A stretch of DNA of 60,102 nucleotides. Source: a virus. Lineage: Duplodnaviria > Caudoviricetes. The notes under the pieces were generated by a model, which saw only the letters and a program-made list of their open reading frames with translations, did no database searches and was not told the origin of the DNA. The position numbers and the translations under genes were made by a program. The stretch lies in IMG/VR virus record IMGVR_UViG_3300022221_000008, positions 1-60,102 of that record; one strand, written 5' to 3'. Of the stretch, positions 1 to 8,684 are shown one piece after another. Position 1 is the first letter of the stretch, and the number at the start of each line of letters is the position of its first letter.

Positions 1-127
1 CCGCCTATGACGAGCGGCTGGGCGCGGCCCTGAGGCCGGCCTATGAAGCACGGGCGAACGAGGGTGTCAGGACTGGCAACGAGCTGCGCATGGATGTGCG
101 GGAGCAGATCGCCAAGGCTTTCTTCCT
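1..127. repeat. Terminal direct repeat (copy 1); circular-assembly overlap
   Basis: Bases 1-127 are identical to 59976-60102. The repeat lies inside the portal CDS, and 127 is a common assembler k-mer. Confidence 0.95.
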
Positions 128-692
128 CGATTCCCTTGCGCTTCCCCCGGCTTCGGCCAAGGAAATGACCGCCTTCGAGGTCAGCCAGCGGATTTCCGAG
201 TGGATCAGGCGCGCCATGCCGATCTTCGAGCCCATGGAGTTCGAGTACAACGGCGAAATCTGCGAGCAGACCTTCGAGCTTCTGTTGCGCAACGGCGCCT
301 TCGGCAGCATCGACGACATGCCGCAGGAACTGCGCGGGGCGGACGTTCACTTCAAGTTCGAATCGCCGCTCCACGAGGGCGCCGACATGCGCAAGGGGCA
401 GAAGTTCCTTGAGGCCAAGGCGGCCCTGGTGCAGGCGGCGGAACTCGACCCCGGCGTGGTGCCCCTGCTCAACGCCACCGACACCTTGCGGGATGTCTAC
501 AAGTCCATTGGCGTGCCGGCCCACTGGACCCGGAGCAGACAGGAAATGCAGCGTCTCGTGGCGGCCCAGAATGCCCAGCGGGAAGAGCAGCAGGTGCTCG
601 AGGCCGGCGTGGGCGCCGCCGACATCGCGGCCAAGCTGGGCGCCGCCTCGCGCGACTTCGCCCAGGGCCGCGCGACGAATCCGGCGGCCTGA
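1..692 (+). CDS. Portal protein, C-terminal part
   Basis: EMTAFEVSQR motif resembles the podovirus portal MTATEV motif; in frame with the ATG at 58943. Confidence 0.85.
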   Translation, partial: AYDERLGAALRPAYEARANEGVRTGNELRMDVREQIAKAFFLDSLALPPASAKEMTAFEVSQRISEWIRRAMPIFEPMEFEYNGEICEQTFELLLRNGAFGSIDDMPQELRGADVHFKFESPLHEGADMRKGQKFLEAKAALVQAAELDPGVVPLLNATDTLRDVYKSIGVPAHWTRSRQEMQRLVAAQNAQREEQQVLEAGVGAADIAAKLGAASRDFAQGRATNPAA

Positions 693-1018
693 TGAAAGCT
701 CCGGAGGGCGCCCCTTGGGCACCGGTCGAGTATGAGGACGCGGATATTGGAGCCTTCAAGTCCCTGGTCCTGGGCGAGGCGACGGAAGAACAGCAGCGCC
801 GCGCGCTTAAATTCATCGTCGAGGAAATTTGCAAGACCTATGATCTGTCTTACCGGCCCGACAGCGAGCGTGACTCGGCCTTCGCCGAGGGCAAGCGCTT
901 CGTCGGGCTCCAGATCGTCAAGCTGACGAAACTCAATCTCTCCGCAATGAGGAAAACCGATGGCCGAAGAAGCAACCCCAAACGACCCGCCGGTCGATCC
1001 ACCGAGCAGCCCGCCTGA
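692..1018 (+). CDS. Bbp19-like small protein
   Basis: Follows the portal; SYRPDSERDSAFAEGKRFVGLQI motif is typical of this family. Confidence 0.65.
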   Translation: MKAPEGAPWAPVEYEDADIGAFKSLVLGEATEEQQRRALKFIVEEICKTYDLSYRPDSERDSAFAEGKRFVGLQIVKLTKLNLSAMRKTDGRRSNPKRPAGRSTEQPA

Positions 1019-1913
1019 AACGCCGCCCGTAGAGCTCAAGCCCAACGGCTCGGTTGCGCTTGAGCCTGACGGCGAAGCGCTCCCGGTCGAGCCGGAATGG
1101 CGCGAGGACTGGCGCGAGCGCTTTGCCGGAAAGAACACCGACGACCTGAAGAAGCTGAATCGCTACAAGTCCCCCGACGGCATCTGGAGAGCCTATCGGG
1201 CGCTTGAGCAGCGCATGTCGTCCGGCGAATACACGCGCAACAAGCCCCAGGACGCCGACGAGGAGAAGCTGGCCGAATGGCGCAAGGAAGTCGGCGTGCC
1301 GGAGACGCCCGAAGGCTACCGGGATGCCCTGCCGAAGGATTTCGAGATCGCCGAGAACGACAAGCCCTTCATCGACAACCTCTTCAAGGAAATGCACGCC
1401 ATCGACGCCACCCCGGCGGTGGTCGCCAAGGGGGTGGAAACCTACTACCGCATCCAGGCGTCTGCAGAGGAAATCTTCGGCGAGCGGGACGCCCAGCAGA
1501 AGCGCGACACCGAAGATGCCCTGCGGGGCGAGTGGGGGCCGGAATACCGGACCAATTTCACTCACATGAACAACACCCTGTTCGACAGCGGCGTGTTCGT
1601 CGATGCGCCGGAGGGAATGCGCGACAAGCTCTTCTCGGCGCGTCTGCCGGACGGCACGTCCCTGGCCAACGACCCGGACCTGTTGCGCTGGATGGTCGAT
1701 ATGTCGCGGGTCATCAACCCCGATGTCGGCCATTCGGTCACGCCGGTTCCCGGCAAGACCCAGGGCGAGTCGGTCGCGAGCCGCATTGCCGAGCTGGAGA
1801 GCATGTCGGCCGACACCCGAGGGCCTTATTGGAAGGGCAACGACGCCGATGCGCTGCAGGCCGAATTGCGGCAGCTTTATAGCATCGAAGAAAAGATGCA
1901 GGCGCGCAAATGA
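960..1913 (+). CDS. Capsid scaffolding/assembly protein
   Basis: Pro/acidic N-terminus, GVPETPEGY and LRGEWGPEY motifs, helical; lies between portal and capsid. Confidence 0.7.
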   Translation: MAEEATPNDPPVDPPSSPPETPPVELKPNGSVALEPDGEALPVEPEWREDWRERFAGKNTDDLKKLNRYKSPDGIWRAYRALEQRMSSGEYTRNKPQDADEEKLAEWRKEVGVPETPEGYRDALPKDFEIAENDKPFIDNLFKEMHAIDATPAVVAKGVETYYRIQASAEEIFGERDAQQKRDTEDALRGEWGPEYRTNFTHMNNTLFDSGVFVDAPEGMRDKLFSARLPDGTSLANDPDLLRWMVDMSRVINPDVGHSVTPVPGKTQGESVASRIAELESMSADTRGPYWKGNDADALQAELRQLYSIEEKMQARK

Positions 1914-2791
1914 GGCCCATCTACGAAGCCGAAGTGGCGCAGATCGACATTCTCTCGTCTTGTCACCTGGCCTGCGCGAACTGTACCCGCTTCATCGGTC
2001 ATCATGCCGAGCACTATGCCATGTCGGTCGAGTGCTTCGAGGTCGCCGTCAGGAGCCTCGACGGATTTCCGGGCCGGATCGGCATCATGGGCGGAGAGCC
2101 TTGCCTGCATCCGCGCTTCACGGAGATTCTCGCCGCCTACCGGGGGCTTGTTTCACGTGAAAAACGGGAGTTCTGGACCGCCGGCTTCAAGTGGTACGAA
2201 TACGAGACGGAGATCAACCGGACCTTCGAGCCCCATCTGATCCATTTCAACGACCACACGCAACGGGACGGCAAGCACCAGCCCCTTGGCGTGGCGATCG
2301 ACGAGATCGTGGACGACAAGGCCCTCATGTGGGAGCTGATCCGCGCCTGCCCCTTCCAGGAGCACTGGTCGCCGGTCATCAACGACAAGGGGGCCTTTTT
2401 CTGCGAGATCGCCGCTTCCCAGGACCGGGTGACGAACGGGCCGGGCGGCTGGAAGGTCGAGCCCGGCTGGTGGGACAAAAAGCCTGAAGACTTCGAAGAT
2501 CAGGTCCAGCGCTATTGCCCCAACTGCTCGGGCTGCCTGCCGATGCCGGCCTTCAGCGACGGACGCGGCGGACGGGACGGGCCGACCAAGGATGTCGTGA
2601 CCCCCGGATTCCACGAGAAACTCCTGGTGGCGGGCTCGCCCAAGGCAAGGCGGGGGCAGGTGACGATCTGGGACCGCAAGATCACCCGCGCGGATATCGA
2701 AGAGCTGGCCGACTGGTCGCCGCGCAGTTTCAGGGGCTTCGTGGCGCACAGCCCGGAGGACGTGACAACGGCGCTTGACAGAACGGCCTAA
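1910..2791 (+). CDS. Radical SAM protein
   Basis: CHLACANC (CxxxCxxC) and GGEPCLHP motifs; additional C-terminal Cys (CPNCSGC). Confidence 0.85.
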   Translation: MRPIYEAEVAQIDILSSCHLACANCTRFIGHHAEHYAMSVECFEVAVRSLDGFPGRIGIMGGEPCLHPRFTEILAAYRGLVSREKREFWTAGFKWYEYETEINRTFEPHLIHFNDHTQRDGKHQPLGVAIDEIVDDKALMWELIRACPFQEHWSPVINDKGAFFCEIAASQDRVTNGPGGWKVEPGWWDKKPEDFEDQVQRYCPNCSGCLPMPAFSDGRGGRDGPTKDVVTPGFHEKLLVAGSPKARRGQVTIWDRKITRADIEELADWSPRSFRGFVAHSPEDVTTALDRTA

Positions 2792-2820
2792 AAACAATAG
2801 TTAAATCACAGCGTTGTATC

Positions 2821-2963
2821 CGGACACCCCCTTTGTGGCCCCGAAGAAGCGCGACAGTCCGCCAAGGCAAAGCCCCGGCGGTGATCGGCCCGGCCCCGCA
2901 GCCGCAATATAAGCAACAAGCAATCTTGCGGACACCCCAGACCTGATAGCCATACGGACACCC
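2821..2963 (+). promoter_or_regulatory. Capsid-gene leader with three CGGACACCC boxes
   Basis: CGGACACCC at 2821, 2929 and 2955 in the ~210-bp non-coding gap before the capsid RBS (GAGGAGAG). Confidence 0.45.
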
Positions 2964-3003
2964 GGCGCCACGGCAGTTCAACCTTTGCGAGGAGAGTTCC
3001 TCC

Positions 3004-3858
3004 ATGGCTGCAACTGCATTCCAACGGCAGTACCGTCAGGAATACATTCACGGTTTCGAGGACCGTCAGTCGATTCTTCGGGCGACGACCGTCCAGGAGG
3101 CCGTGATCAAGGGCAACGAGGCCGTCTTCCTCGTGTCCGATTCCGGTTCCGCCACCGCACAGACCCGTGGGGTCAACGGCATGATCCCGGCCCGTGCGGA
3201 CAACAACAGCCAGCTCACCGCCACGCTTCAGGAATGGCACGACCTGGTCCGCAAGACGAACTTCAACATCTTCGCCTCTCAGGGCGATCAGCGGCGCATC
3301 ATGCAGGAAACCACCATGGCGGTGGTCAATCGCAAGATCGACGACATCATCATCGCCCAGCTCGACACCGCGACCAACGACACCGGCGCCGCCGCCACGG
3401 CATCGCTGGACATGGTTGTCTGGGCTCGGACGGTCTTGGGCAACAACTTCGTCGATCTAACCGACGAGGATAACATCTTCGGCCTCATCAGCCCGGCCTT
3501 CGAGGGCTACCTGATGCAGATTCCGGAGTATTCCTCGGCCGATTACGTCGAGGTCAAGCCCTTCACCGGCCCCGCCCGCCGCTTCCGTCGCTGGATGGGC
3601 GTCAACTGGATGTGCCACCCCCGTCTGACCGGCTCCGTCGGTGCCGGCGGCAGCGGCGCCTCCGAGCAGTGCTTCATGTATCACCGGAACTCCATCGGCT
3701 GCGCCCTCGACAAGGACGGCATCGATAGTCCGGTCGGTTACGACGAGGAGCAGGGCTATTCCTACGCCCGTGTCTCGATCAACCTAGGCGCCAAGCAGCT
3801 TCAGAATGCCGGTATGGTCATGATGAAGCACAATGGCTCCGGTTACGCGGCGCAATAA
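3004..3858 (+). CDS. Major capsid protein
   Basis: 284 aa; synteny after the scaffold; strong RBS; AVVNRKIDDIII and WMGVNWMCHPRL segments resemble podovirus capsids. Confidence 0.8.
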   Translation: MAATAFQRQYRQEYIHGFEDRQSILRATTVQEAVIKGNEAVFLVSDSGSATAQTRGVNGMIPARADNNSQLTATLQEWHDLVRKTNFNIFASQGDQRRIMQETTMAVVNRKIDDIIIAQLDTATNDTGAAATASLDMVVWARTVLGNNFVDLTDEDNIFGLISPAFEGYLMQIPEYSSADYVEVKPFTGPARRFRRWMGVNWMCHPRLTGSVGAGGSGASEQCFMYHRNSIGCALDKDGIDSPVGYDEEQGYSYARVSINLGAKQLQNAGMVMMKHNGSGYAAQ

Positions 3859-3870
3859 GGAGTATTGAGC

Positions 3871-4191
3871 ATGGCATATGCAGGCTCCACCGCTGGTTCG
3901 TCCGCCTCGAACCCCCCGGCTCTGATCACCTCCTGGTTGGCCGGCTCGACCGCCGGAGGCTCCACTGGGCTGCACGCCCACAAGGAGTTCTCCTATGTTT
4001 CCACCCACACCCAGGCGGAAGTCGCCGCGACCGGGTTCATCACCGACGCCAAGAGCCTCGGCATGAACCTGGGCGATGTGGTGCAGGTGCGTGGCTCGAC
4101 CACTTACCTGCTTTCCTACCACACGGTAAAGACGGTATCTTCCACTGGCGCTACCCTCTCGGCCGGGCTCCTGGTTAGCTCGGCATCCTGA
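3871..4191 (+). CDS. Putative capsid decoration protein, Ser/Thr-rich
   Basis: AAGGAG RBS directly after the capsid gene; GFITDAKSLGMNLGDVV motif; six ST dipeptides in 106 aa. Confidence 0.55.
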   Translation: MAYAGSTAGSSASNPPALITSWLAGSTAGGSTGLHAHKEFSYVSTHTQAEVAATGFITDAKSLGMNLGDVVQVRGSTTYLLSYHTVKTVSSTGATLSAGLLVSSAS

Positions 4192-4214
4192 TCGCGCCCC
4201 AGCGCGGTTAACTT

Positions 4215-4242
4215 GGGCGGCCGCGTGGTCGCCCTTTTCTTT
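4215..4242 (+). terminator. Intrinsic terminator after the capsid/decoration genes
   Basis: GGGCGGCC-GCGT-GGTCGCCC hairpin followed by TTTTCTTT. Confidence 0.65.
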
Positions 4243-4252
4243 GGAGCACAGC

Positions 4253-4708
4253 ATGACGGAAAACGGCCACGACAAGAAGTTCAAGTCGGCCCTTCATATG
4301 GGCCGCTGCTCTCCGAGCGGGCACAAGTGGAACCGCTACGATGTCACGATCCCAGCCGAAACCAATCCGGAAGACCTGCTCGACCCGCACTACTGGCGAC
4401 ACTACGGCGCGCTCCTGAAGCCGAGCGACATTCTCGAATGCTTCTGCGACGACGGTTCATGGGAAGCGTCCTACCGGGTCATGTTCGTCTCTCGGGCCGA
4501 GGTGAAGTTGTCGCTTCGCGGTGAGGTCGTCCGCCACGACAAGACGCCGGATGAGGAGTCCGACACCCACGAGATCAAGTGGGGCGGGCCGGCGGTCAAG
4601 TTCCGCATCCAGCGCAAGGACACCGGCGAGGTGATCCGCGACGGCCTCTATCCCAAGTCCGAGGCGTACAACTTCATGCGCCAGCACCTCCAGTCCATAC
4701 AGGGCTAA
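4253..4708 (+). CDS. Hypothetical protein (head-tail region)
   Basis: GGAG RBS, coding-like codon usage, fills the gap before tail tube A. Confidence 0.6.
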   Translation: MTENGHDKKFKSALHMGRCSPSGHKWNRYDVTIPAETNPEDLLDPHYWRHYGALLKPSDILECFCDDGSWEASYRVMFVSRAEVKLSLRGEVVRHDKTPDEESDTHEIKWGGPAVKFRIQRKDTGEVIRDGLYPKSEAYNFMRQHLQSIQG

Positions 4709-4709
4709 C

Positions 4710-5360
4710 ATGGCGACCTCGCAACTCCAGCTCTACAACATCGGGCTCCTGGCGGTCGGCGAGCGAGCGCTTTCCAACCTCAGTGAGGCCCGCGAGCCGC
4801 GCCGTAAGCTCGACGAGGTCTGGAGCCGGGGCAACGGCGCAACGCGCTTCTTCTTGGAGCAGGGTTTCTGGAACTTCGCCATGCGGGCGGCAAAGCTGGA
4901 TTCCTCGACCTCCGTCACCCCCAGCTTCGGTTTCAGCTTCGCCTTTCAGAAGCCGGACGATTTCGTGAAGCTCAACATGATCTCGGCCGACGAACGCTTC
5001 AACGGCCCTCTGACGGACTATGAGCTGGAAGGCGACTATATCTATTGCGACGTGGACCCGCTCTATCTCCGCTATGTCTCGGACGATGCCGACTGGGGTT
5101 TGGATTATTCCAAGTGGCCAGAAACCTTCACCCTTTGGGCCGGGACGTGGCTGGGCCTGCAGATCGCACCGACGCTCTTGAACGATCTTGACCTAAAGGA
5201 ACTCAAGAAAGACGCCAAAGACCTGTTGGCCGATGCCCGTTCGAAGGACGCCATGCAGGAGCCGACGCGCTTCCAACCGCTGTCGTCCTGGGTGCAGGCC
5301 CGTCATGGCCGGTCCTCTCGGGGTGATCGCGGTTTGAGGAACAAGCTGATCGGAAGTTAG
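4710..5360 (+). CDS. Tail tubular protein A / adaptor (T7 gp11-like)
   Basis: LYNIGLLAVGE...WNFAMR...FAFQKPDDF pattern; size and synteny. Confidence 0.75.
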   Translation: MATSQLQLYNIGLLAVGERALSNLSEAREPRRKLDEVWSRGNGATRFFLEQGFWNFAMRAAKLDSSTSVTPSFGFSFAFQKPDDFVKLNMISADERFNGPLTDYELEGDYIYCDVDPLYLRYVSDDADWGLDYSKWPETFTLWAGTWLGLQIAPTLLNDLDLKELKKDAKDLLADARSKDAMQEPTRFQPLSSWVQARHGRSSRGDRGLRNKLIGS

Positions 5361-5361
5361 C

Positions 5362-8064
5362 ATGGCGCGCGGTGACTTTGCCCTGCAGACCTTCAACCGG
5401 GGCCGCATTTCTAAGCTGGCCCTGGCCCGCACCGATCTCGACCGGACCCGCGTGTCGGCGGAAACCCAGACCAATTGGATACCCCGCACCCTTGGTTCCA
5501 TGATGGTTCGGCCCGGCCTGGGCTATATCGGCGAGATTCCCTCCGAATGCCGCCTGGCCAGCTTCGTTTTCGCCACCACCGACACGGCCCTGATTGAAAT
5601 CACCGGCGGTCAGACGCGTGTCTGGGTTGACGATGCCCTGGTCCAGCGTCCAGGCTCGACCGCTGTCGTGACGGACTTCACATCGACCAGTCTGGCCGGC
5701 TGGACCGACGCCGATGAAGCGGGGGCAACGTCCGAATGGCTGTCGGGCAATTACCTGGGCCTCACCGGGACGCGCTTCGCCCGCGCGATCCGCCGGCAGC
5801 AGGTCGTTTGCAGCGTGATCCAGACCCATGGCCTGACGGTCAAGGTCGATCGCGGCGCACCGGTCCTGAAGGTCGGCTCCTCCCTGGCCGGCGACGACTA
5901 CTTTTCGGAAACCACCCTTCGGCCCGGAAGTTACTCGCTGGCCATCCCGGCAACGGGCGACTTTCACATCGAGCTTTCGGCCAATACGGAATACACCTCT
6001 CGGGTCGAATCGATATCGATCGACTCCTCCGGCCCCCTGACGGTCGCCAACCCCTGGGCCTCGACCGATCTTGACAGGCTCCGTTGGGCGCAGGAGCAGG
6101 ACGTTACCTTCGTCTCCGCTTATGGCTACAGGCAGCAGCGGATCGAACGCTACGGGACGGAATCCTGGGCGGTGGTCGATCATGCGCCCGAGGACGGCCC
6201 CTTCCGGACCATCAATATCACCAACAAGCGCCTGAGCCCCTCTGGGTTGACGGGGAACATTTCGCTGCTCTGCGACCAGCCTCTTTTCAAGCCGGGCCAT
6301 GCGGGCGCGCTCTATCAGGTCACGTCGATCGGCCAGCAGGTCAAGGCGACCATCACGGGGGCGGACCAGTTTTCCGACTCGATCCGGGTTTCCGGCGTAC
6401 AGGACTCGCGGAAGTTCCAGGTGCTCGTCAGCGCCATTTCGACCGACATCACGGTGCGGGTCCAGCGCTCGATCGGCGAAGAGGGCAGTTGGGGCAACGT
6501 TTCCGGCCTGTCCTATACCGCGACCATCGATTCGACCCATGACGACGGCCTGGACAATCAGATCGTCTATTACCGAATCGGCTCCGGCTCGACCGACCTG
6601 GTTTCGACTTCGACCGCCGTGACGGCAAGCGTCGAGCTGGGCTATGCCTCGGGGGGCATTACCGGGATCGCCCGGATCACCAGCGTGCTTTCCGCCACGG
6701 AAAGCAGCGCCATTGTCCTGACCCCCTTTGGCTCGACCGCTCCCTCGGAACTCTGGTCCGAAGGCGCTTGGTCAACGCTGCGCGGTTACCCCTCCGCTGT
6801 GACGCTGCATGAAGGGCGGTTGTGTTGGGCCGGCAAGGCGCGCTTCCAGGGCTCGGTTTCGGATGCCTTCGATTCCCACGACGTCGACATCGAAGGGGAC
6901 AGCGGGCCGCTCAATTTGGCCGTCGGCGAAGGGCCATCGGACGTGATCCAGTGGATGGCCTCCCTTACACGCCTTGTCCTGGGCGCACAGGGGGATGAAA
7001 AGCAGGCCAAGACCTCATCCCTCGAAGAGCCCTTGACTCCGACGAACTTCGCCCTGCGGCCGATCTCCGGCCAGGGCTCGGCGTCTGTCCAGGCGGTCAA
7101 GATCGATCAGCGGCTCTATCACGTGCAGTTGGGCGGCGTCCGGCTGATGGAAATCAGGCCACGGGATGGCGGGCTGGATTACGACTCTTTCGACCGGACC
7201 ATTCTCATCCCGGAAATCGGCCAGCCTAGCATCGTGCGGCTGGCGGCCCAGCGCCAGCCCGATACGCGTCTGCATTGCGTGCGCTCGGACGGCACGGTCG
7301 GGATGCTGATCGCCGATCCGGCCGAGGATGTTCTCTGCTGGATCGACATCAATTCGACCGGCGCCGAGGGCGCGGTGGAAGAAGTCGCGGTGCTGCCGGG
7401 GTCGGTCGAGCGGACGGCGGGCCAATGGGAAGACAGCGTCTATTACGTGGTGCGGCGCGAAATAAACGGTTCGACCAAGCGCTTCCTGGAGAAATGGGCG
7501 CAAGAGGACGCCGCCAAGGGCGGTTCGACCAACTCCATGGCGGACGCCTTCCAGATATTCAACTCCACCGCAACCACGACCATCACCGGCGCCGACCACC
7601 TGGTGGGCGAGTCCGTGTCGGTCTGGGGCGCGGGCAAGGATTTGGGTTCCTACACGGTATCGAGCACGGGCGAGATCACCGGTCTTTCCGAAGCCTCGAC
7701 GACCTTCGTCTATGGCCTTAAGTATCCGGCGCTCTTCAAGTCGGCCAAGCTGGCTTACCTGAGCCAGACCGGTACGGCCCTGACCAAGAGAAAGAAGATC
7801 GATCACGTCGGCATCGTGGCGGCCGACCTCCATGCCCAGGGGCTTCAGTTCGGTCCCTCGACGGATGCGCTCGATCCCCTGCCGATCATGGAACGTGCCG
7901 AGGCGATCTCGTCCGATACCATCTGGAGCGACTACGACGCCGATCCGATTGAATTCCCAGGAAGTTGGGATACCGACAGCCGGCTTGTGCTATATGGAGA
8001 GTCGCCCCGTCCCGCAACCGTCCTGGGCGCCATCGTCGTGATGGATACGAGGAGCAAGACCTGA
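5362..8064 (+). CDS. Tail tubular protein B / nozzle (T7 gp12 / P22 gp10-like)
   Basis: 900 aa, beta-rich; N-terminal QTFNRGRIS...RPGL and GYPSAVTLHEGRL motifs. Confidence 0.8.
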   Translation: MARGDFALQTFNRGRISKLALARTDLDRTRVSAETQTNWIPRTLGSMMVRPGLGYIGEIPSECRLASFVFATTDTALIEITGGQTRVWVDDALVQRPGSTAVVTDFTSTSLAGWTDADEAGATSEWLSGNYLGLTGTRFARAIRRQQVVCSVIQTHGLTVKVDRGAPVLKVGSSLAGDDYFSETTLRPGSYSLAIPATGDFHIELSANTEYTSRVESISIDSSGPLTVANPWASTDLDRLRWAQEQDVTFVSAYGYRQQRIERYGTESWAVVDHAPEDGPFRTINITNKRLSPSGLTGNISLLCDQPLFKPGHAGALYQVTSIGQQVKATITGADQFSDSIRVSGVQDSRKFQVLVSAISTDITVRVQRSIGEEGSWGNVSGLSYTATIDSTHDDGLDNQIVYYRIGSGSTDLVSTSTAVTASVELGYASGGITGIARITSVLSATESSAIVLTPFGSTAPSELWSEGAWSTLRGYPSAVTLHEGRLCWAGKARFQGSVSDAFDSHDVDIEGDSGPLNLAVGEGPSDVIQWMASLTRLVLGAQGDEKQAKTSSLEEPLTPTNFALRPISGQGSASVQAVKIDQRLYHVQLGGVRLMEIRPRDGGLDYDSFDRTILIPEIGQPSIVRLAAQRQPDTRLHCVRSDGTVGMLIADPAEDVLCWIDINSTGAEGAVEEVAVLPGSVERTAGQWEDSVYYVVRREINGSTKRFLEKWAQEDAAKGGSTNSMADAFQIFNSTATTTITGADHLVGESVSVWGAGKDLGSYTVSSTGEITGLSEASTTFVYGLKYPALFKSAKLAYLSQTGTALTKRKKIDHVGIVAADLHAQGLQFGPSTDALDPLPIMERAEAISSDTIWSDYDADPIEFPGSWDTDSRLVLYGESPRPATVLGAIVVMDTRSKT

Positions 8065-8684
8065 TGTTTATTCTCGCCGCCATCGCCGCCGCCATCGCCA
8101 TCGCCGGCTCGCAGGGCGAAGCCAAGACGCAAGAGGAGATCGGCAAGCTCAGCAAGGAAGGCGGCAAGCGGGACCGTCGGATCGCCAATAACCGGGCGAA
8201 GGTTCTGGAGCAGAAGGCCAATCTCGCCGCAGCGGCCTCGCAGCGGGCCGCCATCGACCAGCGCCGCCTCGGGCGCTATATCAGGGGCCAGGCCGTCGCG
8301 GCGGCGGCAGCCTCCGGTGTCGATCCGTCGAGCGTCTCGGTCGGCAGCATCGTCGGCGATATCGACTTCGAGGCCGAGCTGCGGGCGCTCAACTTCCGCC
8401 ACCAGGGCGTGGTCGAGGAGCGCGGACTGCGTTACGAGGCCGTCCTGGCCCGGAATGCGGGCGCCTACGCCAAATATCAGGGCCGGCTTGGTCAAGCCTT
8501 CGCCGAGCAGCGCGCCGCCCAGACAAGGCTGGCGGGTTTCGGGGCCGGCGTGTCGAGCTTCGCCGGCGGGGCCGGACAGAGCGGTGGTGGGTATAGCACG
8601 CAGCAACCCCAGCCCAGCTATCAAACGGAGAACAGTGTGGCGAACAACCAGACCACCCTTTACTCGAAATATGGATACGGCTGA
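8064..8684 (+). CDS. Internal virion (ejection) protein, gp14-like
   Basis: ATG overlaps the upstream stop; Ala/Gly/Gln-rich with AAAASGVD motif; synteny. Confidence 0.6.
   Translation: MFILAAIAAAIAIAGSQGEAKTQEEIGKLSKEGGKRDRRIANNRAKVLEQKANLAAAASQRAAIDQRRLGRYIRGQAVAAAAASGVDPSSVSVGSIVGDIDFEAELRALNFRHQGVVEERGLRYEAVLARNAGAYAKYQGRLGQAFAEQRAAQTRLAGFGAGVSSFAGGAGQSGGGYSTQQPQPSYQTENSVANNQTTLYSKYGYG

Noticed and set aside
1-127. 127-bp terminal repeat as a biological direct terminal repeat
   Set aside because: It falls mid-portal gene and equals a standard assembler k-mer, so it indicates circular assembly rather than physical ends.
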